Shown: piece by piece, positions 54,971 to 64,000 of the stretch
Layout of the letters: each line of letters starts with the position of its first letter
Position numbering within the stretch: the first letter of the stretch is position 1
The notes under the pieces: generated by a model
The model's input: the letters and a program-made list of their open reading frames with translations, nothing else
Told to the model about the DNA's origin: nothing
Databases searched by the model: none
NCBI RefSeq assembly: GCF_000497125.1
Contig: NC_090597.1
Span: forward strand, 755,797-819,796
Reading direction: 5' to 3'
Origin: Spironucleus salmonicida
Taxonomy: Eukaryota
Length of the DNA stretch: 64,000 nucleotides
Program-made: the position numbers and the translations under genes

Positions 54971-55262
54971 ATTTAAAAAAGGCAACTGAGAACTAATTAA
55001 TAGTAGCTAAATCACCAGAAATCTTAGTTAGTGTTAGATCTATGTGTTCTTCTTTATAAATATAAAATTTAGAATCAAATATTATTCCACCAATCTGAAT
55101 TTGAACCTTAACATTTTAATTTACAAAAATTTAGCATGATAGTTTATCAATTATACTAATAGATTTATCTTATAGCGCACTTAATGTAAGTTCTTCGGTC
55201 TGCGCACTATATACAACTACGGTATCTGTGAAGCAATTTAACGCTAAAATAAACAGTAGCAT
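54921..55262 (-). CDS. truncated chimeric copy of the tandem membrane protein, 113 aa, no TM
   Basis: MLLFILALNCFTDT...SVAFFKL, then flank-derived CKIQISVEAKGTREK-TGA (AAGTGA). Length 342 = 114 codons. May be a pseudogene. Confidence 0.5.
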
Positions 55263-55901
55263 TTTTTATATGTGACAATATCTTTAATATTTAAGTATAT
55301 TGAATTTTAATTTTTTGGTATTTTTATTAAAAAATCTACTCCAAACTCAATATATTTTAAGCTTAAACCGAAATTAATTTATAAAATTATTGCAATCGAT
55401 ATTATAATTAATTATATATTTGTGTCTAATATAAAATGTCGATACTAATAATACATTATCCTCACTAATTTTGATAATAATTTTGTAGAGATTTAGTAGT
55501 ATAATTTATTTTTTCATTTATACTTAATAAACCATCTTTATTTTTATATATGTGCAAACCATTATTTACACACTAAGTATTACGTAAACTTGTAAATGAC
55601 TTGCGGAAATGAATCATAGTATATAATATCAGATTGTAATCTGAGTGCAATATAAGTATTCATTTAAATTTTATTATTTAAAAACAGAGATATGTAATAT
55701 GATAAAGAAGTAACAGTTTAAACTTATAAATTTATCAATTATATTTAAGAACTTCAAAATTACTTATTTTTTGTAGAATACTTATAGGCTTTAGACTTAA
55801 TATTCTATTTTCAAATAAAATGATTAAAGAAAATTGTATATATTTATCACTAAATTCAACTCATACAATACTTTTCAGTATATATAAGTGTTATATTTAA
55901 A

Positions 55902-57449
55902 TCACTTCTAATGAACAATATTGAAATGCATAAGAAAGATTATCATAGTTACTAGCAGTGATGCTAATATGAACATAGTAATAATTCCATTTATGAATAT
56001 TCTAGGCTGTAAAAAGTTTAATATTTTGTTCACAAAAAGAGATTAACCTCCAATAGTAAGTTTTAATTCTGATGGATGTTCTTCAGTCAGATTACGAAGT
56101 TATTGCGGTGTCGCAATAAAGCAGTATAATTATTACTCATTTGGAAATTTAAATACGTTAATTAACCGCTACATCTGTCCGGATGTTTCCCATTCTAAGA
56201 TAAGTTCTATGCTATCTTCAGTTAGTATAAATCCATCGCGTATTTTTATATCTATGCATGCATGAGTTTGCATACATAATAATACGACTGGACTGTATTT
56301 ATTTCTTGGAACTTAAGAGTAATACTTAAATGATTCTACTGGTACATCGTCGAGAAATGTGTCGTAGTAAATTAGCCCTACCTAACTATCAGTGTATTTG
56401 CTAATCTCTAGCAGCTTATCGGTGCATTCTTAAATTGTTGTTTCTATTTATTCGTCACATCTATATACTAGTTTTTCAAGAGCTTAGAATTAATCTTAAA
56501 AAATCGTAAAACACTATATTTAAGATGAATTACTATTTTCTGTTGCTATACAAATATCTACTGAAACACTATCATGGTTCTAATTGACATTTAGTTTTTC
56601 AGTTGTCAATGTTTATTCAATTTCAATAGATTAATATAATGGACGAATTATGACATTGGAAATGGTACTAATTAATATCTCTGTTGTGAACTATGTTATT
56701 AGTTATCTTAGTACGAAATTCATAGTAAACTTAGTTTCTTGTTGGAATGTTGTACCATCTTGCTTAAATGCATTGGTTGTTTTCTTAAACGTCTGTTGTA
56801 TATTAACGTTATAATAACCAAGTGGAAATAATATTTATAGTAGTTCTGGAATATATTTTGCACATTTATTATCTTTGCAGGTATTATTAGTTTTGAACCA
56901 CTCGACATATGTATCTACGAGTTTTTCTTCGAATATCTAGTCTAGTTATGTGCCAAGGTTTATTTGCACATTAGATGTGATATCTCCGTCTGTATCAAAG
57001 CTACATAATACTTATGGAAACCTTTGTATGGTAATATCTGAAGTTACGGTATTATAGAATAATGAAATATTTTTAAAGCAATTACGCCTATCAAAAAAAT
57101 TAATGCTAAAGCGAATTATGGTTCCATCTTACATAATGTTATCATTCTTAGATTCTAATTTAAAAAAGGCAACTGAGAACTAATTAATAGTAGCTAAATC
57201 ACCAGAAATCTTAGTTAGTGTTAGATCTATGTGTTCTTCTTTATAAATATAAAATTTAGAATCAAATATTATTCCACCAATCTGAATTTGAACCTTAACA
57301 TTTTAATTTACAAAAATTTAGCATGATAGTTTATCAATTATACTAATAGATTTATCTTATAGCGCACTTAATGTAAGTTCTTCGGTCTGCGCACTATATA
57401 CAACTACGGTATCTGTGAAGCAATTTAACGCTAAAATAAACAGTAGCAT
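55902..57449 (-). CDS. uncharacterised type I membrane protein, copy A, 515 aa
   Basis: Translated in table 6 with no internal TGA: signal-like MLLFILALNCF, beta-rich Cys-sparse ectodomain, TM IFINGIITMFILASLLVTMIIFLM, tail HFNIVHQK-TGA (AAGTGA). Length 1548 = 516 codons. Confidence 0.9.
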
Positions 57450-58088
57450 TTTTTATATGTGACAATATCTTTAATATTTAAGTATATTGAATTTTAATTT
57501 TTTGGTATTTTTATTAAAAAATCTACTCCAAACTCAATATATTTTAAGCTTAAACCGAAATTAATTTATAAAATTATTGCAATCGATATTATAATTAATT
57601 ATATATTTGTGTCTAATATAAAATGTCGATACTAATAATATATTATCCTCACTAATTTTGATAATAATTTTGTAGAGATTTAGTAGTATAATTTATTTTT
57701 TCATTTATACTTAATAAACCATCTTTATTTTTATATATGTGCAAACCATTATTTACACACTAAGTATTACGTAAACTTGTAAATGACTTGCGGAAATGAA
57801 TCATAGTATATAATATCAGATTGTAATCTGAGTGCAATATAAGTATTCATTTAAATTTTATTATTTAAAAACAGAGATATGTAATATGATAAAGAAGTAA
57901 CAGTTTAAACTTATAAATTTATCAATTATATTTAAGAACTTCAAAATTACTTATTTTTTGTAGAATACTTATAGGCTTTAGACTTAATATTCTATTTTCA
58001 AATAAAATGATTAAAGAAAATTGTATATATTTATCACTAAATTCAACTCATACAATACTTTTCAGTATATATAAGTGTTATATTTAAA

Positions 58089-59636
58089 TCACTTCTAATG
58101 AACAATATTGAAATGCATAAGAAAGATTATCATAGTTACTAGCAGTGATGCTAATATGAACATAGTAATAATTCCATTTATGAATATTCTAGGCTGTAAA
58201 AAGTTTAATATTTTGTTCACAAAAAGAGATTAACCTCCAATAGTAAGTTTTAATTCTGATGGATGTTCTTCAGTCAGATTACGAAGTTATTGCGGTGTCG
58301 CAATAAAGCAGTATAATTATTACTCATTTGGAAATTTAAATACGTTAATTAACCGCTACATCTGTCCGGATGTTTCCCATTCTAAGATAAGTTCTATGCT
58401 ATCTTCAGTTAGTATAAATCCATCGCGTATTTTTATATCTATGCATGCATGAGTTTGCATACATAATAATACGACTGGACTGTATTTATTTCTTGGAACT
58501 TAAGAGTAATACTTAAATGATTCTACTGGTACATCGTCGAGAAATGTGTCGTAGTAAATTAGCCCTACCTAACTATCAGTGTATTTGCTAATCTCTAGCA
58601 GCTTATCGGTGCATTCTTAAATTGTTGTTTCTATTTATTCGTCACATCTATATACTAGTTTTTCAAGAGCTTAGAATTAATCTTAAAAAATCGTAAAACA
58701 CTATATTTAAGATGAATTACTATTTTCTGTTGCTATACAAATATCTACTGAAACACTATCATGCTTTTTGTCCACATTTGGTTTTTCAGTTGTCAATGTT
58801 TATTCAATTTCAATAGATTAATATAATGGACGAATTAAGACATTGGAAATGGTACTAATTAATATCTCTGTTGTGAACTATGTTATTAGCTATCTTAGTA
58901 CTAAATTCATAGTAAACTCAGTTTCTTGTTCGACTGTTGTACCATCTGGCTTAAATGCATTGGTTGTTTTCTTAAACGTCTGTTGTATATTAACGTTATA
59001 ATAACCAAGTGGAAATAATATTTCCACTAGTTCTATGATATATTTTGCACATTATTTATTTTTGCAAGTATTATTAGTTTGGAACCACTCGACATATGTA
59101 TCTACGAGTTTTTCTTCGAATATCTAGTCTAGTTATGTGCCAAGGTTTATTTGCACATTAGATGTGATATCTCCGTCTTTATCAAAGCTACATAATACTT
59201 ATGGAAACCTTTGTATGGTAATATCTGAAGTTACGGTATTATAGAATAATGAAATATTTTTAAAGCAATTACGCCTATCAAAAAAGTTAATGCTAAAGCG
59301 AATTATGGTTCCATCTTACATAATGTTATCATTCTTAGATTCTAATTTAAAAAAGGCAACTGAGAACTAATTAATAGTAGCTAAATCACCAGAAATCTTA
59401 GTTAGTGTTAGATCTATGTGTTCTTCTTTATAAATATAAAATTTAGAATCAAATATTATTCCACCAATCTGAATTTGAACCTTAACATTTTAATTTACAA
59501 AAATTTAGCATGATAGTTTATCAATTATACTAATAGATTTATCTTATAGCGCACTTAATGTAAGTTCTTCGGTCTGCGCACTATATACAACTACGGTATC
59601 TGTGAAGCAATTTAACGCTAAAATAAACAGTAGCAT
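58089..59636 (-). CDS. uncharacterised type I membrane protein, copy B (variant), 515 aa
   Basis: Same frame and length as copy A. Substitutions cluster at 58764-59286, with no indel or TGA seen. Confidence 0.9.
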
Positions 59637-60286
59637 TTTTTATATGTGACAATATCTTTAATATTTAAGTATATTGAATTTTAATTTTTTGGTATTTTTA
59701 TTAAAAAATCTACTCCAAACTCAATATATTTTAAGCTTAAACCGAAATTAATTTATAAAATTATTGCAATCGATATTATAATTAATTATATATTTATGTC
59801 TAGTATAAAAATAACATAAAATGTCGATACTAATAATACATTATCCTCACTAATTTTGATAATAATTTTGTAGAGATTTAGTAGTATAATTTATTTTTTC
59901 ATTTATACTTAATAAACCATCTTTATTTTTATATATGTGCAAACCATTATTTACACACTAAGTATTACGTAAACTTGTAAATGACTTGCGGAAATGAATC
60001 ATAGTATATAATATCAGATTGTAATCTGAGTGCAATATAAGTATTCATTTAAATTTTATTATTTAAAAACAGAGATATGTAATATGATAAAGAAGTAACA
60101 GTTTAAACTTATAAATTTATCAATTATATTTAAGAACTTCAAAATTACTTATTTTTTGTAGAATACTTATAGGCTTTAGACTTAATATTCTATTTTCAAA
60201 TAAAATGATTAAAGAAAATTGTATATATTTATCACTAAATTCAACTCATACAATACTTTTCAGTATATATAAGTGTTATATTTAAA

Positions 60287-61834
60287 TCACTTCTAATGAA
60301 CAATATTGAAATGCATAAGAAAGATTATCATAGTTACTAGCAGTGATGCTAATATGAACATAGTAATAATTCCATTTATGAATATTCTAGGCTGTAAAAA
60401 GTTTAATATTTTGTTCACAAAAAGAGATTAACCTCCAATAGTAAGTTTTAATTCTGATGGATGTTCTTCAGTCAGATTACGAAGTTATTGCGGTGTCGCA
60501 ATAAAGCAGTATAATTATTACTCATTTGGAAATTTAAATACGTTAATTAACCGCTACATCTGTCCGGATGTTTCCCATTCTAAGATAAGTTCTATGCTAT
60601 CTTCAGTTAGTATAAATCCATCGCGTATTTTTATATCTATGCATGCATGAGTTTGCATACATAATAATACGACTGGACTGTATTTATTTCTTGGAACTTA
60701 AGAGTAATACTTAAATGATTCTACTGGTACATCGTCGAGAAATGTGTCGTAGTAAATTAGCCCTACCTAACTATCAGTGTATTTGCTAATCTCTAGCAGC
60801 TTATCGGTGCATTCTTAAATTGTTGTTTCTATTTATTCGTCACATCTATATACTAGTTTTTCAAGAGCTTAGAATTAATCTTAAAAAATCGTAAAACACT
60901 ATATTTAAGATGAATTACTATTTTCTGTTGCTATACAAATATCTACTGAAACACTATCATGGTTCTAATTGACATTTAGTTTTTCAGTTGTCAATGTTTA
61001 TTCAATTTCAATAGATTAATATAATGGACGAATTATGACATTGGAAATGGTACTAATTAATATCTCTGTTGTGAACTATGTTATTAGTTATCTTAGTACG
61101 AAATTCATAGTAAACTTAGTTTCTTGTTGGAATGTTGTACCATCTTGCTTAAATGCATTGGTTGTTTTCTTAAACGTCTGTTGTATATTAACGTTATAAT
61201 AACCAAGTGGAAATAATATTTATAGTAGTTCTGGAATATATTTTGCACATTTATTATCTTTGCAGGTATTATTAGTTTTGAACCACTCGACATATGTATC
61301 TACGAGTTTTTCTTCGAATATCTAGTCTAGTTATGTGCCAAGGTTTATTTGCACATTAGATGTGATATCTCCGTCTGTATCAAAGCTACATAATACTTAT
61401 GGAAACCTTTGTATGGTAATATCTGAAGTTACGGTATTATAGAATAATGAAATATTTTTAAAGCAATTACGCCTATCAAAAAAATTAATGCTAAAGCGAA
61501 TTATGGTTCCATCTTACATAATGTTATCATTCTTAGATTCTAATTTAAAAAAGGCAACTGAGAACTAATTAATAGTAGCTAAATCACCAGAAATCTTAGT
61601 TAGTGTTAGATCTATGTGTTCTTCTTTATAAATATAAAATTTAGAATCAAATATTATTCCACCAATCTGAATTTGAACCTTAACATTTTAATTTACAAAA
61701 ATTTAGCATGATAGTTTATCAATTATACTAATAGATTTATCTTATAGCGCACTTAATGTAAGTTCTTCGGTCTGCGCACTATATACAACTACGGTATCTG
61801 TGAAGCAATTTAACGCTAAAACTAGCAATATCAT
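60287..61834 (-). CDS. uncharacterised type I membrane protein, copy C, 515 aa
   Basis: Body matches copy A, but the N-terminus is MILLVLALNCF and the upstream region is unique. Confidence 0.9.
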
Positions 61835-62605
61835 TTTATAAATAATCTGGAATAATATCATTTATATTGAATAATACTTAATTTTATTATAATGTTTTTA
61901 CTATAATGTATTTATTATTAAGACTACTATAATAATTAGTAAAACAGAAATATAGAACTATACATATTCAAATCTATAATATTTATTATTATATAATAAG
62001 TTTATTATAAATATATTTGATCATGAGTATAAGTATAAAAAACCTTAGTTTACCTTGATACTGACTTTATTAATTATTTATTGTATATAAATAATAATTT
62101 GAATATTATTTTCATAATATATTTATTTCTTATATTATAATTTATATTCTATGGTTCTAATTTTTTGAACTACGGTTATATTATATATAGAGACTAATAT
62201 TCTATAATGTAAAGGCTAATATTATATTTTATATCAAGATTTAAACTGAATATATTCATTATTTTGGATTATTAACAATAGTATGAAGAATAAATATAGA
62301 GATGATTATTATAATATTAATATATTACAGTTGAAAATTTCTATATGACTGTAAAAATATATACAAGTTAGATAAGATCTTAATATTATTATTAGACTAA
62401 CAGAATGAAAAATTTAATATAACAATACTATCTGTATAATAGTAATATAATATTTATTATCCAGTAATACTGAATAATATGAAAAAATAAGTGAACTTAG
62501 TTTAATATTATGAGTGATGATTTTAAAATTCTAATTCCGGTTCTACCTATTTAAAATTTATATAACAAAGTATGCATATTATTAGTATAGTCAGCTTCAT
62601 TAATA

Positions 62606-63517
62606 ATGACAGAAGTAAGAATTTGCTCAGTTTAAGATAACAATTGCTTGGTTGATTAATATTGTCCTTCACTGCAGACTACTAACCTGCAATGTTAAAC
62701 ATGTTCTAAGACAATAAGAGAGCATTATGGTTGTAACTGCGTAGACTTTAAAATGATTAAGAATTGTTTAAAATGTTAAAATGGAAGATGCGTAGAATGC
62801 ATAAATCAATATTCACTGCAACCTAATGGCACGTGCTTTAAATGTGTTTTAGATTGTTTACGCTGTGACAAAACGTAATGCTTTGAATGTATAGACGGTT
62901 ATAATCTGAATTTATGGACTAATTAATGTGGGTTTCCATGCGAAACTAATGCTGATTGTAAATATTACAATATAGGCTATTGCAATAAATGTTTAAAAAT
63001 CTGTGAATTTTGTGACTAATAATGTACTTAATGTTCTACAAAAGAATTCTGCACGAATTGCTATGTTGGAACAACTTTATTTAATGGAATTTGTACAAAA
63101 TAATGTATTAATCGTGTAGTGGACCATTACTGCTTAAATGGAACATTAGCACAATGTGATGAAAATATAACTTCCCAATGTTATTGTAATGAAGTTTAAA
63201 ACTGTAGAACTTGCAACGAATCTAAAAATGGGTGTGCATCTTGCATGCCAAATTTTGTAATGGTTGAAAATGATAGATGTACCTAGTGCGAATCTGGATT
63301 CGAGCTAGTAGGTAAAATTTGCAGTCCAGTAGAAGATTTAAATCCAATTTGTCCAATTCCAAGTAACGACACTATTGTTTTTAATATTTTGTTAGGAACA
63401 TTAGTAGCTTTATGTATTATTTGGGGAATGCTCGATATTATTTTATATAAAAAGATAAAAATAAAAAGTAGTGAGGAATTTGTTATTTTAAATAAACAAA
63501 AGCTTTCTAATACTTGA
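62606..63517 (+). CDS. AT-rich cysteine-rich membrane protein, short type, 303 aa
   Basis: MTEVRICSVQDNNCLVDQYCP... reads without TGA to TM IVFNILLGTLVALCIIWGMLDIILY and tail KKIKIKSSEEFVILNKQKLSNT-TGA. Length 912 = 304 codons. Confidence 0.88.
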
Positions 63518-64000
63518 TTTAGATTTCAGAATATGTTGTTAGTCAGATTTGAAATATCTAGATTTTTAATTGTATGAATGATACTAATTTTAGGTTTATA
63601 AATATTTAACTAGATCATAAATTTTGCAATTTCATAATATGGTTTAACATAATATTAAAATAACATGAGGATAATTATACTAGAGTATGCGAACAGCATA
63701 TACATAGATCAAATAGTACAATTATGATAAATTGAGAATACTAGTCTATAGATAACGCGGAGTACCAGTAATAGTCAATGCCGTGTTAAATATTATGATA
63801 GTCAGTTTTGTCATTTTTGATAACTATAAGTAAATATTATCTGCAGAGGCAAAATCAATTGCTACAGGGTAAACATTACAGAGATTCATTAAGGATTGTT
63901 AATTACTGATTATCTAAAATAGATAGAGCGTAGTCATGTATGATAGCTAAAACTAATAATAGTAAGGTATATACTAGAAAAATGCATTTCACGAAGAATT

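Larger units (their letters stand above)
54970..61821 (+). repeat. tandem array of 2187/2187/2198-bp units plus a ~280-bp partial unit
   Basis: ggcaactgagaac at 54981, 57168, 59355 and 61553. An 11-bp insertion lies near 59806. Confidence 0.97.

Noticed and set aside
56720-56908. Supplied 62-aa ORF MSSGSKLIIP (also 61105..61293)
   Set aside because: It is an alternative-frame fragment inside the 515-aa gene.
54970-61821. LTR/TRIM-like interpretation (~280-bp direct repeats flanking 1.9-kb internals)
   Set aside because: The 280-bp segment is the 5' part of the membrane-protein gene. No TG..CA ends, PBS/PPT or retroelement ORF were seen.
1-64000. CRISPR arrays, rRNA, tRNA, prokaryotic operons
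   Set aside because: None seen; the repeats are gene-scale and the context is eukaryotic.

Overview
AT-rich eukaryotic DNA that uses a non-standard code: TAA/TAG read as Gln and TGA is the only stop (NCBI table 6). The supplied ORF track therefore shows only fragments of the real genes. The code, the genes that read as uninterrupted ORFs, the AGTGA gene ends and the CXXC-rich membrane proteins point to a hexamitid diplomonad, most likely Spironucleus (inference). Re-read in table 6, the window is a surface-antigen cluster. It holds 10 apparently intact cysteine-rich membrane protein (CRMP, VSP-like) genes of 284-1110 aa and about 11 decayed CRMP copies. The intact CRMPs look like mosaics of exchangeable promoter/N-terminal, ~91-aa middle and tail/3'-flank modules. 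Two elements are missed by the ORF track. One is a 2.19-kb tandem array encoding three 515-aa type I membrane proteins (one with a diversified patch) plus a truncated, probably secreted copy. The other is a decayed piggyBac-like transposase. All translations and alignments were done by eye and no database search was run.
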